Shown here piece by piece: positions 12,837 through 25,439 of a DNA stretch of 64,000 nt. Below the pieces are notes generated by a model that was given only the letters and a program-made list of their open reading frames with translations, searched no databases and was not told the DNA's origin. The position numbers and the translations under genes were made by a program. Within the stretch, counting starts at the first letter, position 1. Every line of letters begins with the position of its first letter. This stretch comes from Octopus vulgaris (taxonomy: Eukaryota), in the NCBI GenBank assembly GCA_951406725.2, contig OX597820.1, positions 110,360,001 through 110,424,000 on the forward strand. The letters run 5' to 3'.

Positions 12837-13854
12837 TTAAATTTCTGCACCAGCAATCTTTGTTGAAGTTGGCGAATGTTCCAAGAATATTTGCCAAATT
12901 CAACAAATATTGCTGCTGCTGAATTTTACCCAAACAATCAGTTGAGAAAAACATCTCATGGAAGAATGTCATGGTTTACTACTACTACTACTACTACCAA
13001 GCCTAATTAGAAGAAATTGTATTATTCAAACCCTAGACATTTGGTTAACTCTTCATAACTACTCAATAAATTATTATTCCCTTAAATCTGAAATATAAAA
13101 ACTTGATTTATGTCTTCTCCTCCAACCCTCCACCTCGAACATTATTAGTAGCTTCATCTCAATAGTAGCATATTCTCCCCTCCTACTGTATTAAAAGAAA
13201 TTACATACCTAACACCCACCCACCATAAGAATAAGTATATCTCTTTATGAAGGTTGTCAGCATCAAATTCCACCATTGAGCATAACAAATGTAGCCTTAC
13301 CAGTTGGAAAATTCCATAAAGAAGGAGGTGGTGATACTAAATTAATAGAACTTAAATTCTATTACATCTTTTGCACCACTATGCCCCCAGAAATGACCGT
13401 TGGATTTTAACAAATTATAAACCTCTATATAGAATTATAGCATTTTCTGCACTCCACCCATTCTGTGTATATAATTTTAATATCATTTTTATTGTAAGTA
13501 GGACTATATGTTGTATGTTCTTAATATATTCTTAGCATATTCATATATTTATATCTATGTATATTTTTAATATATTTTTAAGTATATTTATATATCTATA
13601 TACTTTTAGTACATGATTTTGTGCACAAAATAATTTTACAACAGAATATATTTTAGTAACCTATCTTTTGTCTCTCATCATTATTTTCCCTATTTTCCTA
13701 TGGCTCAAATATACTGAGTGCTTTGATGTGTCCTATATATATAGAGAAAATTTTATCTCTTGAAAATGAATTATATATATATGTATATATATGTATGTAT
13801 ATATATGTGTAGATAGATATTATTCAAGCTAATATCTAGTATATATATATAGTA

Positions 13855-14390
13855 ACAAACTGAGGAAAAGAGATCCTTCAAAGGGGTGTGTTAAACATTT
13901 AATTCACTGGTACATTAGTTGAATACCATCTTAGTATGGGTATAATGCATGCAATTACAAAGAAATTAAATAGAGATACTATTGACAATCCAATAATTTA
14001 TTTATATTATAATATTACAATTTTACATAATATACTATGAATATAACATAATATTATATAACATAAACAATTATTTAAAAAACCATAAAAGGCCAACAAA
14101 TTGTTTCAACTTATATACATTTTCTGATATACATACACAATAACAGTTCCCTTATATATAAGTCACTTCAGGGTCGTAGTTTAAAGATTGATGAAATCCT
14201 ATCTGTCTTTAAACCATGATCCTTATTTATAAGGGAACTATTATTGTGCATGTGTATCACAAAATGTATATAAGCCAAAACAATTTGTTGGCCTTTTATG
14301 ATTTTTTAAAATAATTGTTTATGTTATATAATATTATGTCATACTATAAATAAATTATTAGATTGTCAATAGTCTCACTCTATTTAATTT
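13855..14390 (-). mobile_element. Fold-back PLE-derived mini-element (inverted repeat 13963-14390 plus left-hand tail)
   Basis: ~200-bp imperfect arms around a short loop at ~14188-14205; decayed hammerhead in the left arm. Confidence 0.7.
14091..14175 (-). ncRNA. Decayed type I hammerhead ribozyme-like motif
   Basis: GACC CUGAAGU GACUUAUAUA-[loop]-UAUAUAAGUU GAAAC AAUUU GUU GGCC; A9 mismatch and one stem I mismatch. Confidence 0.5.
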
Positions 14391-14416
14391 ATGTATATAT
14401 ATATACATATATATCT

Positions 14417-14605
14417 GTGCCGGTGGCACGTAAAAACCACCCACTACACTCATGAAGTGGTTGGCATTAGGAAGGGCATCCAGCTGTAGAAACACTGCCA
14501 GATCAGACTGGAGCCTGGTGCAGCCTCCTGGCTTCCCAGACCCCGATCGAACCGTCCAGCCCGTGCTAGCACGGAAAACGGACGTTAAACGATGATGATG
14601 ATGAT
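14417..14605 (+). mobile_element. SINE 3' part with (GAT)n tail
   Basis: ggtggcacgtaaaa...aggaagggcatccagctgtagaaac...ggacgttaaacgatgatgat; near-identical copy at 14853-15078. Confidence 0.85.
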
Positions 14606-14702
14606 ATATATAGGGAGAGTTTACAAAAAAAACAACAGATGAAGACAGGTAGTGTACAAAACAAATAGATGTATTAGTATAATGCTCAGGAATAGAAAAA
14701 GA

Positions 14703-14737
14703 CTTTTACGTTCGAGCCTACGCTCTTCTACAGAAAG
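14703..14737 (-). ncRNA. Minimal hammerhead-like motif in a PLE pLTR fragment (14632-14760)
   Basis: CUUU CUGUAGA A GAGC GUAG GCUC GAAC GUA AAAG; perfect stems I and II, A6U change, one A missing from GAAA. Confidence 0.5.
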
Positions 14738-14787
14738 GGACACAGAAAAAACAAGGAGAGATCTATCATGGTGATATATATATATAG

Positions 14788-15568
14788 ACTAGCTTAAGGT
14801 GACCCGCTCTACGCGCAGGTAAGAGTGTGATTGTTATTTTCTGTTGTATCCTTTCGGCATGTAAAAAGCACCATCCGAACGTGGCCGCTGCCAGTGCCCC
14901 TTCCCCCGTGGCACGAAAAAAGCACCCACTACAATCACGGAGTGGTTGGCCTTAGGAAGGGCATCCAGCTGTAGAAACACTGCCAGATCAGACTGGAGCC
15001 TAGTGCAGCCTCCTGGCTTCCCAGACCCCGGTCAAACCGTACTAGCATGGAAAATGGACGTTAAACGATGATGATGATTCTCCCTGTTTGTTTCTCTCTC
15101 CTTTCTCTCTCCCTTTCCCACTCTCTTACTCTTCCTTTCTCTCGGACTCTCCCCCGCTTTCTCTTACTCTCTATCTTTCTCTATCTATCTCTCTCCCATT
15201 TATAAACAACAAAAGATCTTGAGTAAGTTGAGAAAGAAAGTAGTTTGAAAGATCAATCATAAAAATATCAGGCAGTGACAACAGAAAGGTCTGCTTCAAG
15301 GCAGAAAGCAAAACACTAACATTTAAAAGGGACAGACGAACTTGCGAGCTGAATAAAAATAAAAAAATATTGGAAACCAAAGATTGAAAGGGTAGAATCT
15401 GAGGATAGTAGAGTCACCATGGCTGGCATTTCTTAACGACGGACAGTAACATAGTGGCCGTTTAACAGGTGGCGTAAAAATTTGAACTTGATGTGAAAGA
15501 AAATTCGTAAACACCAAGCTTTGAAGTGATTCTTTCTCACGACAGTAGACTCACCATGGCAAGCATTA
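14788..15568 (+). mobile_element. Possible Helentron-associated (HINE/DINE-1-like) non-autonomous element with nested SINE (14853-15078) and CT microsatellite
   Basis: Starts actagc..acccgc..gcgcaggt (5' hairpin), internal CT-rich tract, duplicated gtaga(g/c)tcaccatggc..gcatt at ~15407 and ~15545. Confidence 0.4.
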
Positions 15569-16387
15569 TGTGTGTGTGTGTGTATGCATTATATATACAA
15601 ATGTATACAAATAAAATAAATTAGAGATAAAACCACTATTAGGCAAATCAAACAGTGAAAAACATAAATGAAAACATAAAAATAAAAATATAATATACAA
15701 AATATATAAAATTTAAAAATTTAAATTATTTAAATTTAAAATGAAAATTATTAATTTATATTTATAATTAAAAAAAAATATATATAACTATCAAAAAGTA
15801 TTAAAAAGTTTAATATACATATTTATATATAGAACACACACACACACACATATATGAATTAACCCAATAAATATCTGATTCATAATATTTGTTCTCATGA
15901 TTGTGTGGTTGTGGTGGCGATGATGATTCTGTTTATGAATACAGACAGACGTAGAGAGAGAGAGAGAGTGTGAAAGCGCTGTCGAAGGCGGGGAGGAGGG
16001 GGAGATACAGAACGCTCTTTGACAAAATTCCATATTTCCAGATATTAGAATCAACACCTTTCAAGACTTTTCATTTTAATGCTGTTACTCTTTAAGGAAT
16101 ATAAAAGGCTCTTATCTTGAGGATAGAGATATTATCACATTTACTGCTTGTGATGTGTTCACAGATAAATATTTCACTGAGTTTCTAGTAGAGCTATGTG
16201 AATTCATTTCTTTCAGAAGTAATTTGATGGTTTGTGTCATTTTAATTAATATAATCATTAGCCCACCAGACATAATGCTTACTTGCTATTTCTTCTGGGT
16301 TTATGTTCTGAGTTCAAATTTCACCAAGTTCAACTTTGCCTTTCATCCTTTTGGGGTTTGTAAAATAAGTACCATTTGACCCCCCCG

Positions 16388-16443
<56 letters not shown>

Positions 16444-16655
16444 TTTCACTGATTGTATCATTTCAAAGGTCAAATGAATTTTCAAGAAATTTTCACCAAA
16501 CTCCAAACATCAAAGAAATAGATAAATAAAAAGAAAAACAAAAACAATGGAAAAAATTTTTAATTTAATAGATATCAATTAATATTTTTAAAAGTCTCTT
16601 ACCTTCTTTACTTGCAAGCCATATCATGTTATATTCCTTCTTTGTTTCCAAATAG

Positions 16656-16824
16656 CTCTGGCAATGTAAGACATAATTTTGAATTCCTTGATAGTAAATG
16701 GCGCAACAAAACAGGGATGCTGACTCGAAGTGCTGCGAGAGACATTTATAAGACAGCTGACAAAGTTGGTGATCTTAAATGGCCATGCAAAAATATGTAC
16801 CAAACTTCTAGGGATATAGAGCCA
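16656..16824 (+). CDS. Candidate internal host-gene exon (phase 2 to 0)
   Basis: Acceptor tccttctttgtttccaaatag|, donor CCA|GTAAGT, open frame SGNVRHNFEFLDSKWRNKTGMLTRSAARDIYKTADKVGDLKWPCKNMYQTSRDIEP. Confidence 0.65.
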
Positions 16825-17112
16825 GTAAGTTAGCTGTGCCACCTTTACAAATTTCCAAGCTTTTCATTTTGCTATGCTAAACATGTGTTGCTACTGTGTT
16901 GTTACATACTTGTCTGTGTAAATGTTTTTGTGTGTGTGTGTGTGTTAATCTACTCATTGTAAACAGTAACAACTTGTTTAAGCAATATTTTGAAATTATT
17001 ATATTTCACTTGAAATATTACAATTTTGGGAACCAAAGAAATTTCAGGATTGTACTTGTCTAACAAGTAATTTGATCTGAGATGGTGTGTTGAAACAAAA
17101 TCATTTACAGTA

Positions 17113-17316
17113 TGAAAGACACATTTTAGCCATTCATAAACATAAAAACTGTTAACTTCACTTAATCATTTATCAATTTGTTGTCAAAATTGTCATTGCA
17201 TTATCTGTAACCAATTCCCTGAGACAGTTCCAAATGTCAAATCTGGTGTCAAATTTATTTGACACAAAATATTAAATAACTGAGCGAAGTTAACAGTTTT
17301 TTATTTTTGTCTTTCA
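17113..17316. repeat. Short imperfect inverted-repeat element
   Basis: ataaaaactgttaacttcact / agcgaagttaacagttttttat arms and tgaaagaca / tgtctttca ends. Confidence 0.6.
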
Positions 17317-17824
17317 CACCATTATTGCTATTTGAACTAATTCTACTAAAAATATATATGAAGTGAGGGTGTCTAAGTTTGATAATAATTTCTCAATTTT
17401 GTGTATAGTTATACATGGTAATTATAAAGAAAAAAGAAAAGAATACTCAAACTTACTGTGAATTACCAATCTCAGGATAGCCATTGCTGAATTGAAAAAC
17501 TTTGTGGCTTTTTTTGTCTTTGCTTATGCATCATTATTTATGACCATTTCTTCATCAAATACAAGAAAGATTACTAGTGGCAGAGATTTCAAATAAACCA
17601 TACACTGAATTAAAAACAGCAGCAAAAACTAATTGATATTTCTCTTACTTCTTATTCTTTCTCTTTCTCTGATTGTGTGCATGTGTAAGTGTGTGTGTGC
17701 ATGTGCATGCATATGTGTGTATGTAGTTGTATAATTATGTATTAATCTCTGTATTAGGAAACTATGTTGTTGTATTTTCAGTGAGCTCACCTGTGGTTTA
17801 CACTTATATACATGCACGCGCTCG

Positions 17825-17903
<79 letters not shown>

Positions 17904-18890
17904 TTAGTGTAAATATTCTTTGCAATTACCAATTTTAGCTCTATTTTCTGCATGCTTGACATGGACACACTTTTACCCTGATCTATTTGCTCGCTGTTGT
18001 AATACACCTTCTTCTTGATGGTCACTGTTCACCAATATCTTTGTCTTGATGTTCACAATTCTCATACGCTTTTACCTTGATCTTATTTGTTCTCTATCCT
18101 CATGTCTACAGTCTCCTTTTAACATCAGTTTGTTATTTCTGCCAGTAAATCATTTTTCCATGATAAAAGAGATTGGACAGGTCTGTAATGCAGCTTTCCT
18201 TTCATAATTCTTCAATCCATGCAAAATTCTTCCTTGGTTTAACTCTATCATAGGTTACCTTGTCATAACATGTTTTCTTCAAATGTGCATCATTCTTTGA
18301 CATTTACACTTCCAAACCAGCATAGTTATCTCCCTTGTATACATGTACTAATTCCTTTGATTTCTAGTAATTTTCTGAACTTTCACACTCAACCATTCTT
18401 GTAAAATAATACTTCACATTCAACATAACCTTCTCAGTTCCTGTCTTTATCTACACTCACTTCCTATGTTTCACTGCTGGTGTTGCATTATCATTCTTCT
18501 TGACTCTATATGTTTCTAAATTTACTAAATTCACTTCCTAGACTTATATATAAATAAATTTATATCCAAATGTGTTTAGTCACACTGTGAAATTATTACC
18601 ATGTGGGTTCTTTTACTCCTTTTCAGTGAGAATCAGCCTGACTGGTTTCACTATCTCTCCAGCTCACTACATAAAAAAGGATTCCATATTCATAACCCTG
18701 AAGTGATAGTCTTATAATTATTATTGGCTGTCACCGTTATACCATTTTATCAATGTGTTATGGCTGGCACATTTCTATTCACATCTTCATAAGTAACTTT
18801 TTGTTACAATATCTCAGTATCATGGGATAGATAAGTACTCAAGTCAGGATGAGGTGTAAGAACAATGAAACCAGTTTCGATCAGCTACCA

Positions 18891-18949
<59 letters not shown>

Positions 18950-19557
18950 ACACTTTATACTTATTTAGGGTTTATATTGTAATACCATGTATGTAGAGAG
19001 AAACCCTTAGTATCATTCTCAAAACTACCTTCCATTTAATGCTGATAACTATGGTATCACATTTTCTCTTTCACTGCTTAGAATATCAATGAGCTTTTAA
19101 ATCTTTGCTATTAATTCTTCTAGTGGTACATACATTTCTGACTGGAAGTGATCTAATTAGATTAATTATATGAGCAATAATTAATGTATCATAACAATTA
19201 GCTCCAGTTTAATGAACCAATTAAAAAAACTAGATACAACTTCACAGTTTTTTTACTTTTTATATCACATTACGGGTTTTATATGGGTCGATTGCTTCTT
19301 TCCTTCATCTATGATGGGGAGAATGACAAGGGAATGTCTGTGCAACTCAGATAGAACAAATATTATGGAGGCATTTATTCGTAATTGTTGGTTTATTGGT
19401 TTTGTTTTTGATGCTTACATATAAATATATTACTGGTCTAAAGTATATATGACTCACTGATGAATGATATATATACTTATTTATATATATGCATTAGTAA
19501 AAGATATAGACACATACACTGTATGTGTATATAAATGTGTGTGTGTGTGTGAGAGAG

Positions 19558-19925
19558 AGAGGTCACTCTTGGCCACTACTGGTAACATGTAACCCAGCAC
19601 AACCTGTTGCATGGTTGAGTCATCAGCAACTAAACTGGCAACCCCATCAAGTTTTCTTGGTGAGGAGGGTGATTGTTGGACACCCTGCAGGACAGAAAAT
19701 AAAACTTGTCAAAGGGTCGAAGAGCTGATGAGCAGTCAACAGCCATCCAACAATATGTGTACATGTGTATGTATGCATGTATATATGTGCAGGAATGTAG
19801 AAATACCTGGGTTGGTGTCCAGCTATACGGTTGGCCCACTGGGAGTGGGAGGCCCATTCTGTTGTTGCCACAACATCTGTCTAGGAGAGGGAAACTCTGA
19901 GAGAAAACCTGCCACACTGACAGTG
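19558..19925 (+). mobile_element. RTE-type 5' head / non-autonomous repeat
   Basis: Shares its first ~130 bp with 12650-12778 (reverse complement). Confidence 0.55.
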
Positions 19926-20377
19926 ATATAGGCTAGTTCTTCTTTTCAAATTTATATTGTCTACAATCAGAGAGTGGGATTGGATTTGTGCAAGTCTTTT
20001 CCCCACTATAAAAGATCATCATGCACAGGCATCACTTGAAATAAAGTAAAACCTATCACAAAAATAGCTGGTTGTAGCCTTGACATATGTGGGACTTTCA
20101 ATCAGGCAATGGCAATACTCAAACACAAATTTGCAGCCATCATATGTGAGTATATATACATACATATATACATATATATTCTACCAAATATATACATTTT
20201 ATTTATTATTTTGCACATTACTTAATCATCGTTATATGTTTTATCTTATATTTAATCTTTCTATAATATGTCATTTTCTAGATAGTGTAATTTGATTTTT
20301 CATTGTTGAATTGATGAAGGGTGTTTTTTTTTCTAATTTATATATATATATATTAATTACTGGTGAAGACTAGTTTA

Positions 20378-20437
20378 TAGGGTTACCCTGGGTTTCTCGT
20401 CATAAAGGGTACTTTTATGGCATATCTTCAGACCCTA
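20378..20437 (-). ncRNA. Type I hammerhead ribozyme in PLE pLTR (core intact)
   Basis: UAGGGU CUGAAGA UAU GCCAUAAA AGUACCC UUUAUGAC GA GAAA CCC A GG GUA ACCCUA: 6-bp stem I, intact CUGANGA and GAAA, GUA cleavage triplet. Confidence 0.8.
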
Positions 20438-23400
20438 AGACCTGTTGGCCTATGGCCTCTTTAAAATATGGAGGGGGAATGATATGGATAGCTCCCTTTG
20501 GTGCTGGTCATCAGCTTCGACTGTGTCATCCTTCTTCAGGCACATGGTCTGTCGGCTATGAGGGTAAAAGGTAGAGGATTATCCCCTACTCTCATCAGCA
20601 ACAGGTTTCCAGCTGTGGTGTAATTATTGCTATTATGCGGTTCCCAAAATGCTAACAAGAATCTCCTGAATTGCAAGCATGGCCTGAAAATCTCCATTCT
20701 GGAGTTCAGTATGGTCCCTGGTGCGTGCGAGTTTTTCATGATTTCCATGTGTTCAGCTACGCATTGCTTGCAGCATTTCATTCCATTTATGTATGGTCCC
20801 GGACGGTGGAAGATTTTCCATGATATCGAGTATGGAATTCCATCTTCCTTCAGCTACCAGATATGGTTTGCCAGTGATGTTACACATCTCCTTTCCAGGA
20901 CCCTGAAGGAGGATCTATGGTTGGAAAGACGTTTCTGAAAGGAAGTTTCCACTCATCCAATGTATTTCCTTGGATGCATGGAGTTGGTGTTGTGCCTACT
21001 GTTTCTGTTGTTGTTGTTGCAACCACTGCTGCTGTCAGTGCCGTTGTTGTTACTGTTGTTGCGGTTGTAGTTGTCGATGTTGCTGCTGCTGTTGGCGCCA
21101 CTGATGTTGCTATTAAGTCTGCCAGCATAGATGTTGCTGCTGCCATCACTGTCGGCAATGTTTCCTGTTGTTGTTGTTGGTGCTGGGGTTGATGAATATG
21201 CTGCTGCTTTTGTTGATGGGGTTGACAAATATGCTGCTGCTGCTGTTGTTGTTGCTAGTGCTGTCGTCAACGATGATATTGCTGGGGCCTGGTGTTGGTA
21301 TTGGTGGAGGTAAGGCTGGTGGTGGCATTGGTAATCTTATTGCTGGATGTGGAGTGGGCACTGTCGATGTTACCACTGTAGCCGAAGGTATTACTATAAA
21401 TGTTATTATTGCTATTATTGTTATCTTCCCTGGCGGCGGGGGTTCCATTTCGCATTGATAGGGCTACCATTATTAACATCTATGCTGGTGTCTCTACTAG
21501 GGGTACTGTTGCTGCAGCAGCTAATATAGTTTGGTCTGTTACTGCTGCTATTAGAATTGTCACTGGGTATACTGTCCTGTCTGCTATTTGTAAGGTTGGT
21601 ATTGGAGGCAATGTCACTGTGGTCAATGTTAGTAGTGGTGGTGGCATTGGGGGTATAGTCAGCATTATTGGTGTTGGTGTTGTTAATGTCGGTAAGGCTG
21701 TTTGCGGTGGTGGTGCTGGTGCTGGTGGTGCTGGCAGCAGTAGCGGCTCTGTTGATGGCTCTGCCCTTGTGTCTATGGCTGCTATGGTTTCTGCTGGTGG
21801 AATTGGTTGAGCTTGCCCGCACTTCAGCTTGATAGATGACACCTTTGGTTTGCAGTAGCCCTCTACTGGGCAATTGTTGCAGATCCTGCATGAACAACCC
21901 ACCCCTTCCCATTGCTTAAGGGTGCTAACTAAGATTCTCTTAATGCTAAGGGCACAGCTAAATAAGACCCTAACATTGTGCCTGTTGAAAATGGGAGCAT
22001 GCCTATAGGAAGTAGTAAAGTGTTTGTCTATTAATTTTAGGAAAAGTCAGTTTACAGGCATTATAGTATTAAGTGGTGGTGGGGGCAAACCAAATTGTAT
22101 TTCTGTGGTGTTTCCTTCTGCGGGTGTCAGGTTCCGGCATATAGGAGATGCAGTCCTTGGACCCGCTGGCAGCTAGGGCCTAGTTATTTTATGAAGCTGC
22201 CACATCGATGGCCTCTTGGTTAGAGGTAAGGCTCGAAATACTTTTACTAACACCCTTTATCAGGTTCTTGAACATGATGGGTGGATGGCATGAGGCTGTG
22301 TTGATGTATGTTAGCCTCTCACTTGGTTTGTAGTAGGGCCTGTAGGTATTGGAGCCCAAGTGCGACATCTAAGAAGTCTGCTGTGGTGAGGTTGGTCTCT
22401 ATGGTGATCTTCAATCCCATGGAGCCGAGCATGCTGATAAAGTCCTTCCTAAGTCTATCTAGTGTATGGCCGCTTGCTTTCCTAGAGATGGCCAGTGCAT
22501 CATCCCTGTAGAGGCCAAAGAGGACAGAGAGGAATTTTTTCCTAAGGGTGTCCATGATATACAATCCTATGAGGTTGCACATATCAGTACTGTCATAGGC
22601 TCCCATCACTACATCAAAGGAGCCCATGGGGTCGGATTGCTTGACCCATGCCGAACCTTTGTTAAATAGTACCATCTTCCTGGCATGCATAATGATTCCT
22701 ATATCCCTGTCGCTAATATCAGTGATGCCCCTAATGAAAGAAAGAGCTTTGGTCAGTAACCCTTTCAATATAGATGGATAAAAATTGACTATATCAAATT
22801 GGGTGAACCTTGCTCTACCTCTACTCTTATTGGCGTTAAACTATGTGGTCACTTTGCTGGTGCTGTGCCAGAAGGAGAGGTCAGGGACCCTTCATATGGT
22901 GTTGTTGATATCTTGCAAAATATGTTTGCTTGCTAGACTTATCTTGGATTTGGCTGGGTTGATCAGGCAGCACTTAAGGCAAAACTTGGTTTGTGATCTT
23001 TTATGGTGATGAAAGCATTTCTTTTAACTAGGATTTCTACCCTGTCTCCTATCTCTAAATTGTTAGCTAATTTTTTAACCTCACTGTTGATGTCTCTATA
23101 TGTATGAGTTGGGGATTGCATGTCCATAAGTCTGTGCAATGTTATTTTCTAGTAGCCTATTGTATTCTATGATGCCTAATCTATATATGTTCTTTGTCTT
23201 ATTGGAGAAAATTAGGGACCTATCCAAGTTTTTTAATGTCCTAATGTTGGCACAGAGCTTACGTAGGAAGGACGAAGAAGACTTACGGAATTTCAGTTTT
23301 GGGATAATTCCTATGATGTCCGCTTCGAAGGGTTTGAGGTTTTAAATTCTGGGTGAGTGTTTCCTTGACCTAATGCCATAGTTATTCCCTTCTAGGCCTG

Positions 23401-24076
23401 TTGCAGCTAGGTCATAGTGGAAAGCTTTCCATTTCATACACCTAATCACATCCTTAATCTTCTCCAGTAGCATTTGGGTGTAAAGTTCGTTGGATGGCAT
23501 GTGGATGTTTTTGGAGTATCCAAGGTTGAATCATTCCATATTTAAGGGGCTTGTGGCCTCCATAAAAATGTAGAAACACTGCACTGGTCAATTATTTGGC
23601 AGAGACCATGTGGTCACCAGGAAAATCTCCAGCCAGGTAGCAGAAAACTCAATATCATGGAAAATCTTCCACTGTCTGGGTCCGTACATAAATGGAATGA
23701 AATGTTGCAAGCTATGCATAGCCGAATGCAGAAAAATCCTGAAAAACTCATGCATACCAGGGACCATACTGAACTCCAGAATGGAGATTTTCAGGTCATG
23801 CTTGTATTTCAGAAGTTTTCTGTTAGCATTTTGGGAGCTGCATAATAGTGATAATAGCAGTATTAGTGATAATTATACCACAGGTGGAAATTGATTGCTG
23901 ATGAGAGCAAGGGATAGCACTCCTACCTTTTACCTTCATAGCCAACAGGTGGCGTGACTGAAGGAGGATGACACAGCTGAAGCCGATGACCAGTACCAAA
24001 GGGAGATAACCCCCATTCTTTATATCGGTATCTTTCCCCACTCCAAATTTTAAAGAGGCCATAGGCCAACAGGTTT

Positions 24077-24136
24077 TAGGATCTGAAGATACATCATAAA
24101 GGTACCATTTATGGCAAAAAACCCAGAGTAACCCTA
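24077..24136 (+). ncRNA. Decayed hammerhead copy in the inverted pLTR
   Basis: UAGGAU CUGAAGA ...CAUAAA..UUUAUG.. AAAA CCCAGA GUA ACCCUA (G12A). Confidence 0.6.
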
Positions 24137-24229
24137 TAAACTGGCCTTCACCAGTAATTAATATAGACTGCTCTACTTCTTAAAGTGTACCTCTTCTCTG
24201 GATTTATGTTTTTTTTTTTAAATGATATA

Positions 24230-24285
<56 letters not shown>

Positions 24286-24384
24286 TATATATATATATAT
24301 ATAATCTGCATTAGTGAAATATACACATACATACAGTATATGTGTATATAAATGTGTGTGTGTGTATATTCCAAATTTCACTCA

Positions 24385-24510
24385 TAAACCTTGGTCAACT
24401 TGAGGCTATAGTAAAACACACTTAGCCATGGTGCCATGCAGTGCATTCAAACCCAGAATCTTGTAGATATACCAAAACAAGCATCTTAGCCATAGCAGTA
24501 TGCCCACACC
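24385..24510 (-). mobile_element. Decayed tRNA-SINE head
   Basis: Same family as 34930-35030 and 36421-36455 (ggtgccatgcagtg..acccagaa). Confidence 0.55.
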
Positions 24511-25439
24511 CATATCAATTCAGTCAGAAGTGGGTAATAGTTTTCTGTTTGGCAGCAGAACGAAATTTGATTTTAGAAATTTGTTAGAGAATATCAGCTC
24601 ATCACCACTGCTCTGGAAATTTGGTTCTAGTTTTGGACATAATTGTGTAAATAAAAATGAGAAAGAAGGAGAAACATGTGAACATTTGTGAAGTGTTTCT
24701 CTTACTAAACTGGATGATTATTAGAGAGAGTATGTTAGATTTGGTAGAACATGAAACAGCAGAATAGATTTTGGAAAAGCATGAGACAAAATGCCTTGAA
24801 GTTTATTGATGGATGATTTTATGTTCTGAGTTCAAGTTCTGCCTGTGGTCAGCTCAGCTTTTCGTCCTTCGAAGGTCAAGAAAATAATTGTCAGTCAAAT
24901 GGTAGTAGATATAATTGACTTTACCCATCCAAAAATGTGCTGTTGGTACCTAAATCATCATTTATCTTCAGATTGTAAAATGGTAGAGTAGATATTAGGT
25001 TCTTTTGTTTGTTTGTTTTTACTACAAACTCCCATATATTTTTCCTTTTTTTTCATCTTACTTTACTGTTGTCTTAATTAGGCAACAACTAGCTTGGCTT
25101 AAAAGTTCCTGCTGTCTGTTTTTAAAAATATGTGAAGTGCTGACTAACAACATATCTATAAAAAAAAACATATCAGTTGTGTTAAAAATAACAGGGTATC
25201 ACTCCCTTTATGTGACTTGACATAAAAAGAGTTATATTAATGTACACATTTCACACATTATTTTACCAAATTAATAATGGAAAGTTACTTCTTGAACATA
25301 AAAAAACAATAAATGCTTATAAAAATGTCTATTATATTCATATCAGTACCAATTGATAATATTTTAAACAAAAAGCACATCCACAGTTCCATTAATAATA
25401 GTTGTAAGAATTAACACTTCCTTGTCTTAGCCTAGATTC

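Larger units (their letters stand above)
20353..24164 (-). mobile_element. Near full-length decayed Penelope-like element (RT plus C-terminal GIY-YIG; possibly Hydra clade) with inverted partial pLTR at ~23649-24164
   Basis: N-terminus YSKNIHMP..CMKWKAF; RT FDVVMGAYDS..GLYRDDAL..DFLDV; linker CSC..CPVEGYC; VIY...YIG; KRLSNHRSSF; C..C..E C-terminus. The 3' ~500 bp are repeated in inverted orientation. Confidence 0.9.

Noticed and set aside
17980-19440. Possible decayed coding or transposon sequence
   Set aside because: No motif could be assigned with confidence.
19447-19500. Hammerhead half (CUGAUGA plus AT-rich stem)
   Set aside because: GAAA, stem III and stem I' are absent.
20503-20545. 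Second tandem hammerhead in the pLTR (CUGAAGA..GAAG CUG..CAG)
   Set aside because: GAAG rather than GAAA in both pLTR copies and no convincing stem I.
20953-20955. TGA after YIG as selenocysteine
   Set aside because: The element has many other stops and frameshifts, and no SECIS was identified; ordinary decay explains it.
20880-21912. Many overlapping Gly/Ala/Val/Thr/Pro-rich ORFs resembling mucin or antifreeze proteins
   Set aside because: They are alternative frames and the antisense of the low-complexity insert within the PLE, not host genes.
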